IMG/VR virus record: IMGVR_UViG_3300024269_000024
Coordinates: 64,001-128,000 of that record
Strand: one strand, 5' to 3'
Length of the DNA stretch: 64,000 nt
Origin: a virus
Lineage: Duplodnaviria; Caudoviricetes
Part shown: piece by piece, positions 27,511 through 36,572 of the stretch
Layout of the letters: each line of letters begins with the position of its first letter
Numbering within the stretch: the first letter of the stretch is position 1
The notes under the pieces: model-generated
Told to the model about the DNA's origin: nothing
Databases searched by the model: none
The model's input: only the letters and a program-made list of their open reading frames with translations
Position numbers and translations under genes: made by a program

Positions 27511-29403
27511 ATGGCAACACAAACAGGTACAGTGTCTGGTAAAATTACAGGACGTGAATATCGCATTGAATGGTCTACGGTGCAATCTATTGCTGATAAC
27601 GCTACTACAATAACATGTGTGCACAAATTGATTAACAGCTCAGGATATTCGCTTAACATAGCTGCTCGTAATAATGTGGGCACCAATATTAACAAATGCA
27701 CTGTTAATGGCGAGACTAAAAATTATGCTTCTCCAGCAATTAAAACTAGTGGCGGAACCACGCACGAGTTGGGCGTTACAACACACGTTGTAAAACATAA
27801 CAGTGATGGAACAATAGGTAGCATATCAATTAAAGGTGTTTTTAATATAATGGCCACTTTGTCTGGTAAATATGTAACTAGCATAACGGCAACTGGCACA
27901 ATTGAACTAAATGACATTCCAAGAGCATCTTCACTGTCGTTATCGGTTTCGAGTGTGAATGTTTTAGGCTCAATTACCGCAAACATCACACGAGCTACAA
28001 CTAGTTTTGTTCATGATGTTGAATTTTATATTAATAGTACATATTATAAAAAATACACTGGTGTTGGGACATCTCAAGCATATCAAATTCCAGAAGCGTG
28101 GTATGCAGCAATGCCGTCTTCGTCAAGTTGCACTGCATATTGTCGTATTACCACACGTGACAGTGCAGGCACACAAATCGGCTCTCAAGTTACAAAATCA
28201 TTTACAGTAAATGTGCCTTCTACTGTTGTCCCTAGTGTTGAAGGTATAGAATTAAGTACAGATCCGTATATCACAACGCAGGATGGTAATAGCAGGAATA
28301 TTTTAGTAAAAGGTAAAAACAAAATGAAAGTGCGTGCATATGGATGCAAGGCAGGAAAGGGTAGCAGTATAAAATCTTACACATTTCAAGCGATATATAA
28401 TTCAACAATTATTGCTACCGCCTCCATAACTAGCACGTCTACCGATGTGTCTACTACACTTGGTCCATTTTCGCAAACTGGAGCTATAACATTTAAAGTC
28501 ATTGTTGCAGACAGTAGACAAAGATCTGCTAGTAAACAATCAGGATGGGAGTGCCACGATTACGCATCTCCGTCCTTTGGTGCATTTAATGCATATAGAG
28601 CAAATTCTGACGCGTCCGCCAATACTAACGGAGAGTGGCTTATGTGCACTTATACACCAAGATACTCAGGTGTTAATGGCACAAATAGTGCTACCGTAAC
28701 AGTTTATTATAATGATGGTACACAGTTACAAACTGCTACAGGTAAAAATGGTCAAGCGCTTATTAGTCTTGGTAATAACGATAAAACGTATAGAGTGTAC
28801 TTGACTATTAATGACAACTACGGAGGTTCCGCACAATCATCTACGATAGTTGTATTTGGCCAGTCTAGAATATTTAATATAACTCCAGATGGCACTGGGT
28901 TTGCAATAGGCAAAATGGCAGAAAAAAATAACTGGTTTGAATGTAGATGGGACGCAAAGTTTGATGGTGATATTTATAGCAAAAATGATACTATTGTCAC
29001 ATCTGACAAAATGGCAAAAAAGGATATTGCAAATATGTCCACAGAACAGGAACGATTGTTTAATGAGCTGCGTCCAGTTACGTTTAAATTCAAAGACGGA
29101 TCGGGTGATCGAACGCACTACGGTTTTATTTCTCAGGATATTGAAGAAGCATTGTTTAGTTTAGATTTAACTGGAAAAGACTTTGCGGGATTCTGTAAAA
29201 ATTTACAAATTGATGGCAACGGGAATCCTGTGATTGATGAAAATGGACAAGCTGTATATGATTATTTCCTTAGGTACTCGGAGTTTATCGCTCTGAATAC
29301 ATATATGATACAAAAGCTACAAGCAGAAAATGCGGAGCTTAGATCTGAGCTTCAAGGACTAAAAGAACTTATTGTCGGCACCAGTTCAAAAAATATTGAT
29401 TAA
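27511..29403 (+). CDS. Tail protein (DUF859-like) with C-terminal peptidase S74 intramolecular chaperone
   Basis: QSIADN.TT.T, IPRASS, FAIGKMAE; TSDKMAKKDI...LRPVTFKFK...HYGFISQD...LRYSEFIA followed by a coiled coil. Confidence 0.8.
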   Translation: MATQTGTVSGKITGREYRIEWSTVQSIADNATTITCVHKLINSSGYSLNIAARNNVGTNINKCTVNGETKNYASPAIKTSGGTTHELGVTTHVVKHNSDGTIGSISIKGVFNIMATLSGKYVTSITATGTIELNDIPRASSLSLSVSSVNVLGSITANITRATTSFVHDVEFYINSTYYKKYTGVGTSQAYQIPEAWYAAMPSSSSCTAYCRITTRDSAGTQIGSQVTKSFTVNVPSTVVPSVEGIELSTDPYITTQDGNSRNILVKGKNKMKVRAYGCKAGKGSSIKSYTFQAIYNSTIIATASITSTSTDVSTTLGPFSQTGAITFKVIVADSRQRSASKQSGWECHDYASPSFGAFNAYRANSDASANTNGEWLMCTYTPRYSGVNGTNSATVTVYYNDGTQLQTATGKNGQALISLGNNDKTYRVYLTINDNYGGSAQSSTIVVFGQSRIFNITPDGTGFAIGKMAEKNNWFECRWDAKFDGDIYSKNDTIVTSDKMAKKDIANMSTEQERLFNELRPVTFKFKDGSGDRTHYGFISQDIEEALFSLDLTGKDFAGFCKNLQIDGNGNPVIDENGQAVYDYFLRYSEFIALNTYMIQKLQAENAELRSELQGLKELIVGTSSKNID

Positions 29404-29437
29404 AAGGATAAATATTTGAAATGGGGGTTGATTAAAT

Positions 29438-30052
29438 GTGATAAGTTACATAGAATATGTAAACATGCCAACCAAGGTGGCAATTGCTTTGGTTGGCATG
29501 TTTTTAATCATGCAAGTTGTTGGAGAGTTGTTGGAGCTAAAGGGTAAAATTGTACCAGAGTTTGTTAAGGTTAGAAAGTATTTTGATCGAAAAAAGAAAG
29601 AAAAACAACAAGCCGCAGATACACTAAAGCAGGTGCAAACATTGCTAAATGAAGTAAATCAGCACTATAGTCAAGATAATATTGAGAAGCGTAATGCATG
29701 GATGGACTGGGTTAATTCTCGCGCAGTTGTTTATGATGCGGCAGTTTCTGAACTTACAGAGTTAAAAGAGGCGCTAGCAGCAAATAATGAATTGACTTTA
29801 GAGTTGTATATTAACACTAATAGACATAGAATAATTGATTTTGCCAGACTTGTTGCTGATGATAACGCATTAGTGTCAAGGGAAGAGTTTAGCCGTATTT
29901 ATAAGGTAGACCAAGAGTATCATTCAACGCTTGCTAAGCATAATCGAGAGAATGGTGAAGTTGATACCGCCATGAGACTCATAGAAGAAGCATATGATTA
30001 TAGAATGAAAAATCATGCGTTCATTGAAGATATTCGAGGATACAATAATTAA
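29438..30052 (+). CDS. Membrane-anchored protein, possible holin-like
   Basis: N-terminal hydrophobic helix VAIALVGMFLIMQVVG then a basic/coiled region; last gene of the + arm. Confidence 0.4.
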   Translation: MISYIEYVNMPTKVAIALVGMFLIMQVVGELLELKGKIVPEFVKVRKYFDRKKKEKQQAADTLKQVQTLLNEVNQHYSQDNIEKRNAWMDWVNSRAVVYDAAVSELTELKEALAANNELTLELYINTNRHRIIDFARLVADDNALVSREEFSRIYKVDQEYHSTLAKHNRENGEVDTAMRLIEEAYDYRMKNHAFIEDIRGYNN

Positions 30053-30058
30053 TAATTT

Positions 30059-30094
30059 AAGGGGTTGTACGTAATGTACAGCCCCTTATTTTTT
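30059..30094 (+). terminator. Terminator at the convergence of the two arms
   Basis: aaggggttgtac-gtaat-gtacagcccctt followed by atttttt. Confidence 0.8.
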
Positions 30095-30241
30095 ACGCTC
30101 GTATTCTTCTAAATAGTCCATGATAATTTTATTGCATAAAGAATTTAATGTTCTTTCGTCTTTATTTGCAATGATTTCTAGGCGCAATTTCTTTGAGATC
30201 GGCAGCCTTAGGGTTAACGTACATGTCTCTTCTTTCTTCAT
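30086..30241 (-). CDS. Arc/ribbon-helix-helix DNA-binding protein (51 aa)
   Basis: TLTLRLP..KK.RLE..A....RTLNSL...II..YL RHH pattern; GAGG SD before the ATG at 30241. Confidence 0.75.
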   Translation of the reverse strand: MKKEETCTLTLRLPISKKLRLEIIANKDERTLNSLCNKIIMDYLEEYERKK

Positions 30242-30263
30242 AAAATACCTCGTTTTTGATTGT

Positions 30264-30292
30264 ATTATAGTAGTTTTTGAACACAAATGCAA
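30264..30292 (-). promoter_or_regulatory. Sigma-A-like promoter for the RHH gene
   Basis: TTGCAT-17-TATAAT on the - strand. Confidence 0.6.
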
Positions 30293-30305
30293 TGCATTTA
30301 TGAAT

Positions 30306-30331
30306 AGGGGATGCCACAATTGGTATCCCCT
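30306..30331. terminator. Stem-loop just downstream of the recombinase
   Basis: aggggatgcca-caat-tggtatcccct. Confidence 0.55.
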
Positions 30332-30336
30332 GATTT

Positions 30337-32322
30337 TTAGAACAACATTTTTTTATACATTTGTTTAAAACTCATTCCTAAATTGCTAATGTTGGTTAAT
30401 AGTTTTAATGTAACATTGTTGTTTTGTAATCCTCCTATTGTCCTAACATCATTGTTGTAATGTGTATAGTTTTTAAGTGCATTTTCATTAACAAGTAATT
30501 TATATCCCAACTTATCCTCTCCTCTCTTGACTATTATACCATCTTCTTCAAATTTATTGAAGTATTTTGTAAATTTAACATATCCTATTAGTATCCCACT
30601 ATTATGTATATGCTTCCAACAATTGCTAGGATAAATACATTCTTTGTTAGGCAGTATATATTCAGTTATTAGTCTATTCAAGTTATCTTTGGTTGATTCT
30701 TTGATGTTGATTTTATTATTACACAATTCATGTAAATCACCCTTGAGGTATATGTCTAAACTTCCATCTTCATAAATTACTATTTTATCAACTAATATTA
30801 AAACTTGTTTTTTAGTGAGCTCACCAGTATTAATAATTTCATCTAACAAATTAATTGTTGATTTGAAGTTTTGTCTTATTTCATTTTCTTTTGAACTTAT
30901 ATTCATGGCATCCGAAATCTGCCTCTCTAAACAACCTATCATTTTGTATTTACTATTCATGGCCTCGCTGTACATATTATCAATAATATCACTCATACTT
31001 GGGTTGTTCATTATCTCACGCATTTTTTGTTCCATAAGCACTTTAACTTCTTGCTTAATTCTTTCTAGATCTTTTTGTAGGTCATTGACATTGTCTTGTT
31101 TTTTGAATTCACGTTCAAATATATTATCAAAGTTTTGTATTATTTTTACTAATTCTTGCCTGCAATCAGCAATGAATGTTATTAAACATTCTTTGATTTG
31201 ATAATCCATAATTGCATGGCTTGTACAAACACTAGTCCCAAATTGATTGTATGAGTTACATATATATCTAATATTTGATCCACTTTTTGCAGATGTTAGC
31301 GTTTTGCCGCAATCTGCGCATTGCAATAGCCCATTAAACAAATTGTCTTTTTTAACTTTCGTTCCACGATAAGGCTTCTTTTTTCGCTGCAGTCGTATTT
31401 CCTGTGCTAATTGAAATGTCGCTTTGTCTATAATTGGTTCATGAGCATCTTCAAATACATAGTATTTATCTGGAGAGTTTTTTGTTCGCTTGCCATTAAT
31501 TGTCCTACATATTGTTTTATGCAATGTGAGAGTGCCGATGTAAAACTTGTTGCTAAGTATTCTTTGTATAGTGTCACCTGTCCACATGGTTGCTTTAAGC
31601 CGAGAAGTTCTTCCAGTGCTTTCTATAGTAATCTTTCTAATTGTACTGGCAGTTGGCACGTTTTCTTTATTAAATTTGTCTGCTATGGCTCGCAGTCCCA
31701 TGCCGTTTATATATAAATCAAATATTTGTATAACATAAGGTGCAGTAGTGGTATCTATATAATACATTTTTTTGTTAACTGGATCTTTTTTATATCCATA
31801 AGGGACAGTGTTTATAAATGCCCCTTCTTTCTGCAATGTGTTGATGGCATCCTTAGTTTTCATACTGGCATCTCTGATATAATCTTCGTTCATCCAACCA
31901 TATATGCCAACCATTTTGTGTGTTTTGGGGTCAAGTGTGTCATACCCTTCATATACTGTTAATACACGTTTGCCATCTTCTAGTACATTTTCTAAAAACA
32001 ATTGCCCTTTAGCGTTGTTTCTGCTTAATCTTGATAAGTCTTTAAATATAATAACATCTACCATATTGTTGTTTAAATCACGTTTCAATCTATTGAATTC
32101 TGGTCTGTCCATTGTAAATCCAGAATATCCGTCATCTATGTAAAATTCGTCTATTATCATGCCGCGATCTTGGGCAAATTTAGTAATTATTTTTCTTTGA
32201 TTTGCAATACTTGAACTTTCACCATCTCCATCTTCACGAGATAGCCTTAAATATGCCACTATTCTAAGCGTAGTTTCATAAATGTTGTCTATTTTTCTTT
32301 TTGTATCAAATATATTGCTCAT
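30337..32322 (-). CDS. Large serine recombinase / integrase (661 aa)
   Basis: AYLRLSRED catalytic Ser motif, DDGYSG..DRPEF, KDLSRLSR, PYGY, recombinase domain (IL.N.FYIG, HEPII), Zn ribbon C.DCG...YIC...C, coiled coil. Confidence 0.92.
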   Translation of the reverse strand: MSNIFDTKRKIDNIYETTLRIVAYLRLSREDGDGESSSIANQRKIITKFAQDRGMIIDEFYIDDGYSGFTMDRPEFNRLKRDLNNNMVDVIIFKDLSRLSRNNAKGQLFLENVLEDGKRVLTVYEGYDTLDPKTHKMVGIYGWMNEDYIRDASMKTKDAINTLQKEGAFINTVPYGYKKDPVNKKMYYIDTTTAPYVIQIFDLYINGMGLRAIADKFNKENVPTASTIRKITIESTGRTSRLKATMWTGDTIQRILSNKFYIGTLTLHKTICRTINGKRTKNSPDKYYVFEDAHEPIIDKATFQLAQEIRLQRKKKPYRGTKVKKDNLFNGLLQCADCGKTLTSAKSGSNIRYICNSYNQFGTSVCTSHAIMDYQIKECLITFIADCRQELVKIIQNFDNIFEREFKKQDNVNDLQKDLERIKQEVKVLMEQKMREIMNNPSMSDIIDNMYSEAMNSKYKMIGCLERQISDAMNISSKENEIRQNFKSTINLLDEIINTGELTKKQVLILVDKIVIYEDGSLDIYLKGDLHELCNNKINIKESTKDNLNRLITEYILPNKECIYPSNCWKHIHNSGILIGYVKFTKYFNKFEEDGIIVKRGEDKLGYKLLVNENALKNYTHYNNDVRTIGGLQNNNVTLKLLTNISNLGMSFKQMYKKMLF

Positions 32323-32336
32323 ATATTATCACTCCC

Positions 32337-32368
32337 ACAATGTTGTATGTTTTGTTTAACAACATTGT
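32337..32368. repeat. Perfect 10-bp inverted repeat, candidate attP / recombinase-binding site
   Basis: acaatgttgt-N12-acaacattgt immediately upstream of the integrase RBS. Confidence 0.45.
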
Positions 32369-32382
32369 AACATATAAAAAAG

Positions 32383-32553
32383 CTAGACTTCAAGCCTAGC
32401 TTTCAGAAAATTTTTAATTACATCTTCTGGGTTGCTGTTTCCAGAAATGATTATATTTATTTTGTATTTATCTTTATATTTATTTCTCATGTCTAAAATG
32501 TTTTGTTTTGTACTATTTTTAGGCATTGATATTGTTATTGTTGGTTTGTCCAT
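32383..32553 (-). CDS. Small basic protein (56 aa), candidate recombination directionality factor; absent from ORF track
   Basis: AGGAG SD; MDKPTITISMPKNSTKQNILDMRNKYKDKYKINIIISGNSNPEDVIKNFLKARLEV; lies directly upstream of the integrase. Confidence 0.5.
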   Translation of the reverse strand: MDKPTITISMPKNSTKQNILDMRNKYKDKYKINIIISGNSNPEDVIKNFLKARLEV

Positions 32554-32566
32554 ATTTTCTCCTGTA

Positions 32567-32600
32567 TAAAAATAGCGGCGATATTTCTATCGTCGCTATT
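32567..32600 (-). terminator. Terminator ending the nucleotide-metabolism operon
   Basis: aatagcgacgata-GAAA-tatcgccgctatt-ttta on the - strand. Confidence 0.65.
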
Positions 32601-32609
32601 GAGTTTGTT

Positions 32610-32852
32610 TTAAAATTGTTTTGTTGTATTGGAAATAAGATCATTTGTAGCGGTAATATTATGTGTTTCAGTACAAGTTGGAACCGTTGGATTCGTATTA
32701 AAACATGGATTGGTTAGATTTGGATATGTCTGCCATGTTGAAGTGGTAATTTTTTCTTCTTCCTCTTCATGTGTTTCTGTAACTGTCTTTTTAAGTAATT
32801 TGCCTTCGTTGTCATACTCATAAACTGTTTCTACAATGTCACGTTTAATCAT
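32610..32852 (-). CDS. Hypothetical protein
   Basis: GGAGG SD; ETVYEYD.EGKL.KKTVTET motif. Confidence 0.55.
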   Translation of the reverse strand: MIKRDIVETVYEYDNEGKLLKKTVTETHEEEEEKITTSTWQTYPNLTNPCFNTNPTVPTCTETHNITATNDLISNTTKQF

Positions 32853-32867
32853 ACGTTACCCTCCTAG

Positions 32868-33308
32868 TTACTTGCCTGTAGAACCAAATCCACCAGATCC
32901 ACGTTCGGTTTCATTTAGTGTTTCAGTTTCTTCAAACTCAACATTCACATAAGGCTGCACGATAAACTGCGCAATTCTTTCACCAGGTTCTACGATTCTA
33001 TAATGATCGCTATCATTGTGTAGAGCTACAATTAGCTCGCCACGATAGTCGCTGTCTACAATACCAGTACAGTTCGCTGGACGCAGACCTTCTCTGGAAG
33101 CAATGCCACTTCTCGCATATACTCCTCCAAATGTACCATCGGGCAGTGCAACCGATAGACCAGTTCCAATCTTAACGGTAGTGTGCGGAGCAATTACAAC
33201 ATTCTCGCAAATTGCAGCAGATAGGTCGTATCCTGCGGCACAGGAACTCCCGCGTGTGGGAGCCTGTGCCATTTTGGTTAGTTTAATAAACTTTACATTC
33301 GCCTTCAT
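32868..33308 (-). CDS. dut: Trimeric dUTPase
   Basis: AGYDL, ARSG, GIVDSDYRGE, RIAQ, RGSGGFGSTG: all five dUTPase motifs. Confidence 0.97.
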   Translation of the reverse strand: MKANVKFIKLTKMAQAPTRGSSCAAGYDLSAAICENVVIAPHTTVKIGTGLSVALPDGTFGGVYARSGIASREGLRPANCTGIVDSDYRGELIVALHNDSDHYRIVEPGERIAQFIVQPYVNVEFEETETLNETERGSGGFGSTGK

Positions 33309-33323
33309 TTTTGTTGCCTCCTG

Positions 33324-33647
33324 TTACATGAACATTCTAATAATATCAACAAAACTAAACAAATCCTCTTCGTTAGTCGCGTTTGAAATATTTGAATTTG
33401 TGCGAATATATACGCCATAATTTTTTACATGTTCATCGCGCAGCTTGTCTGCCAGGTCATATGCGTCATCAACCTTCAGCTGACTAGCAAGCTGCTCTGC
33501 ATGCCTCTTTGCCTCTGCGGACTTCCTAGCTTCTTCTTCTTTCTTTTTGCCACATGCTAGTTCGCAACGGGCACGGTCCATTGCGTTTTCATATTCCTTG
33601 TCACAAATACTGCACTTAAAAGCTTTTCTTGCGTACATCTTGTCCAT
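33324..33647 (-). CDS. Hypothetical protein with N-terminal zinc-finger-like motif
   Basis: FKCSICDKEY......CE..C; AGGAG SD. Confidence 0.55.
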   Translation of the reverse strand: MDKMYARKAFKCSICDKEYENAMDRARCELACGKKKEEEARKSAEAKRHAEQLASQLKVDDAYDLADKLRDEHVKNYGVYIRTNSNISNATNEEDLFSFVDIIRMFM

Positions 33648-33673
33648 AGTTGTTTTTCTCCTTTTTTACTTCA

Positions 33674-33919
33674 TTAATTTTGTATTGTTTGTGATTTTAG
33701 TTCAATTAGTTTTGATACAATAAGTTCATATTGTTCATGTGGAATTGTGCATTTTGAACAATCTTTCCATCCGTTTTCTAACATGATATAGTTGCCGCCA
33801 CATTTGTCAAATGGATGCAGTGGGCAATAACAAAATAAACAATTGAAATTGCCCATATCTGCATTTACATGACAAGGAAAATATTCGCACTTGTCATTCT
33901 GAAAATACTTGTAACTCAA
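33674..33919 (-). CDS. Cysteine-rich small domain (zf-like) protein
   Basis: CEYFPCH..FNCLFCYCPL...CGG....G.KDCS.C.IPH family signature. Confidence 0.8.
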   Translation of the reverse strand: MSYKYFQNDKCEYFPCHVNADMGNFNCLFCYCPLHPFDKCGGNYIMLENGWKDCSKCTIPHEQYELIVSKLIELKSQTIQN

Positions 33920-35382
33920 CTACACTTGCTCCATCCACAAGACTTGCAAATATTACATCCACCTTCAAAAGTTAATGGCGACTGACATTCAGGACAAACT
34001 GAATCATTATTTACAACAAGTTCCTGCTTGTGGATATTTTCATGCGTTGATTCCTGGTAATTTTCGTCATCATCGCATTTAAGCTCATTTTGCATTTCTT
34101 TCCACATATCTAACAATGCGTTACCTACAGCCATAGGACAGCAACTACCCTTTGACGTGTCGTGTTTGGTTGCTCTACGAACTGCATAAGATGGGCAAGA
34201 TCCACAGCTATCAAGCTGATCAATAATATCATGAATGTTGCATCCAGATCTTGCAGCTAGAGAAATCATTCTACTTAGACCAACCATGAAGTTAGCGCAT
34301 CCACCTGTAGAACCCTTACTCAGGTATGTCTCCATAAGATCTCCAGTGATTGGATCAAAGAACGCTGTGCAATGTAGTGAGCCACAACCAGTCTGTAGCT
34401 TACGCTTCTTCCCCACACAATCATCAGATGTGGTAATGATAAATCCACGTGGAAGTTCAGTTGTCGCAGCAACGTTAGATTCTGTATTGGTAGTAGAGCT
34501 TGTACCAGTAGAAAGAATCGCTGCACGCTCGCAACCATCTCTAAACATTGTAATACCCTTAAGGCCAGCCTTCCATGCTTCAATATATAGATTTTCAACG
34601 TCTTCAACGGTAAACTCATTTGGAACATTTACTGTAGAAGAAATAGAAGCGTCAATGTAGTTCTGCCAAGCGGCCTGCATTTTAATTCTTTGCTTGTAAT
34701 CCAAAGATCCTGCAGTTACAAAGTAATCTGGTAGTTCGGAGTCATCAGTAAGACCATTACCATCCATGTATTCTTTAACAATTGGAGTATATACCTTATA
34801 ATACTTATCTTCGCCGTATAGGCTTTCGGTCTTACGAGTATAGTAGTTTGCGAAAATTGGTTCAATGCCGCCAGATACACCAAGCATTGTGGATAGTGTG
34901 CCAGTTGGGGCAATCGTTAGAAGCTGGCTGTTGCGTAGACCATATTTTTCAATATCATCACTAACTTCCCACCAAACATTGTTAATATAAAACCTAGACT
35001 TGATCAAATCTTTATGCCTATACTTTGGGAAAGCACCATGCTCTTTTGCAAGCATATTAGACGCCCTTAGTGCCGTATTCAGCATTGTTTCGGCAATGGT
35101 GTGGCACAGTGTAATAGATTCCTCGCTACCATATTTGACACCCATCTTAATAAGCATATCTGCGAGTCCAAAAATACCTAGTCCGATCTGTCTCCAGTCA
35201 CGCACACTATCACGCTGTTCCTGCAGTGGGTGTAGTGGCAGACCTTCATCTAGCACTTCGTTAAGTGCGATAGTTGCCATATAAACTGCATATTTAAATT
35301 CCTCAAAGTCAAAATCGTTGCTGTCGGTTACGAACGCTGATAGGTTCATACTACCGAGCAAACAAGATCCTCCAGCTGGTAA
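33916..35382 (-). CDS. nrdJ: Class II (B12-dependent) ribonucleotide reductase, exon 2
   Basis: LPAGGSCLLGSMNL, RQIGLG, TIAPTGT, SGGIEP, IDASISSTVN, GLKGIT.FR; TSCPD-like domain and C-terminal CPEC..EGGC..CKSCGWSKC. Confidence 0.92.
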   Translation of the reverse strand, partial: LPAGGSCLLGSMNLSAFVTDSNDFDFEEFKYAVYMATIALNEVLDEGLPLHPLQEQRDSVRDWRQIGLGIFGLADMLIKMGVKYGSEESITLCHTIAETMLNTALRASNMLAKEHGAFPKYRHKDLIKSRFYINNVWWEVSDDIEKYGLRNSQLLTIAPTGTLSTMLGVSGGIEPIFANYYTRKTESLYGEDKYYKVYTPIVKEYMDGNGLTDDSELPDYFVTAGSLDYKQRIKMQAAWQNYIDASISSTVNVPNEFTVEDVENLYIEAWKAGLKGITMFRDGCERAAILSTGTSSTTNTESNVAATTELPRGFIITTSDDCVGKKRKLQTGCGSLHCTAFFDPITGDLMETYLSKGSTGGCANFMVGLSRMISLAARSGCNIHDIIDQLDSCGSCPSYAVRRATKHDTSKGSCCPMAVGNALLDMWKEMQNELKCDDDENYQESTHENIHKQELVVNNDSVCPECQSPLTFEGGCNICKSCGWSKCS

Positions 35383-36572
35383 CATAATATTCCATAGGAT
35401 TCACAACTTCCTATGCGTTCTTTTATGAACTGCTATACGTCTCCGTATAGATTAGACTATATCTTCACCATGTTGTTCATGGGACTAGCACTTCCACTAC
35501 CATAAGTTTGTAGTGTACTCCCTTGTGGGATAGTCGTTGAGGTTAATCTATTTAACTTGGTCAGAGTTAAACTATTCTACTCTTTCTAATTTTATCCAAT
35601 CCTTATGTCTGCTGCCATTGCTGGCGTCCATTATTTTGATTGTTCCATCAGGCAATTTCCATTTATACTTTGGCTTTGGTTTCCGCAATGCAGCTTTATG
35701 TGCTTCAGATTTAGGTTTGTCACGCAAGCTTTCACTAACTTTCTCGTTCCATTCCTTTGTGTGAATCACATTCTTAAGACCATTCGAAATACGCTTGTTC
35801 ATGTCATCGCTATTTCGATATCCCGCTCTGCTTTTGTTTCCAATGCCATATGTGTTGCCTAGGCTTCTTTGTCTTAGTTTTTCTTTATTTGAGTCAGACA
35901 TTGGTGTGCCTTTTCTTCCAGTAAGCGTTTCTGAAATATGTTTTTTCCATTCATCGCTTTTGTTGGTCACGGCTTCTAATAATTTCTCTTTAACTTCTGG
36001 TCGACGCATCGCTTCTTTTGTTGCTTCGGATATCTTTTGCTTCCAGTTTTCTTTTTCTTCGTCCGTATATCCAGCAATCAAACATCCACCTTCGCCGCCG
36101 CTTGCAATGTTATATCCGTTGGGTCGAATTGTATTATATTTTTTTATATAATACTTTTCAAGTTCACAAAGTTCTGACTCGTTTTCGCATATATGCAAAA
36201 TGGTTTTTTCATAATATTTATATACTTTATTTTGCTCATAAACCCACTTATGATGCGTTTTTTTGCTACTATCTAGATCATTTCTATTAAATCTTTTTCT
36301 ATAGGATTGCCATAATAGAATGCCGCTTCCCATATACTTAGTATTATCATTTTGATCTTTTCCAATGTAGCTTAATCCTGTTATTAAATTTGTAATTTTA
36401 TATACTTGCACATGTCATCACCAATACTTGCGTTTTAGATTAACCTGCTGATTGACTCTATTTGACAAATTTTTAGGGTAAGTGACCAAACTTACATTAA
36501 CCTCCTATTGTCAACCTAACGAGTTGTCCCAGCATTTCACTAGTTTTATAGAGCCCCCACCAGCAACTATTA
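35383..36572 (-). mobile_element. Group I intron (1,190 nt) in nrdJ
   Basis: 5' exon ends in U (GAGCCU) pairing with IGS GGGCUC; terminal G at 35383; P10 GCUGGUGG/UUACCAGC. Core elements P (AAUGCUGGGA), Q (AAUCAGCAGG), R (UCAACGACUA), S (AAGAUAUAGUC). Splicing restores NPCAEEP-LPAGGSC. Confidence 0.92.
35572..36411 (-). CDS. Intron-encoded GIY-YIG homing endonuclease with NUMOD3-like repeats
   Basis: VYKITNLITG..YIG, Y.GSG, ELEKYYI...GYNI..GG; repeats KSDEWKKHISE and HTKEWNEKVSE. Confidence 0.88.
   Translation of the reverse strand: MQVYKITNLITGLSYIGKDQNDNTKYMGSGILLWQSYRKRFNRNDLDSSKKTHHKWVYEQNKVYKYYEKTILHICENESELCELEKYYIKKYNTIRPNGYNIASGGEGGCLIAGYTDEEKENWKQKISEATKEAMRRPEVKEKLLEAVTNKSDEWKKHISETLTGRKGTPMSDSNKEKLRQRSLGNTYGIGNKSRAGYRNSDDMNKRISNGLKNVIHTKEWNEKVSESLRDKPKSEAHKAALRKPKPKYKWKLPDGTIKIMDASNGSRHKDWIKLERVE

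Noticed and set aside
1-29403. Diversity-generating retroelement or invertible tail-fibre switch
   Set aside because: No reverse transcriptase, no adenine-variable TR/VR pair, and no inverted fibre cassettes. The recombinase is a large integrase-type enzyme.
30412-30463. cattgttgt direct repeat within the integrase 3' end as an att site
   Set aside because: Short, AT-rich, explained by Asn codons and not inverted; weaker than the upstream IR, though not fully excluded
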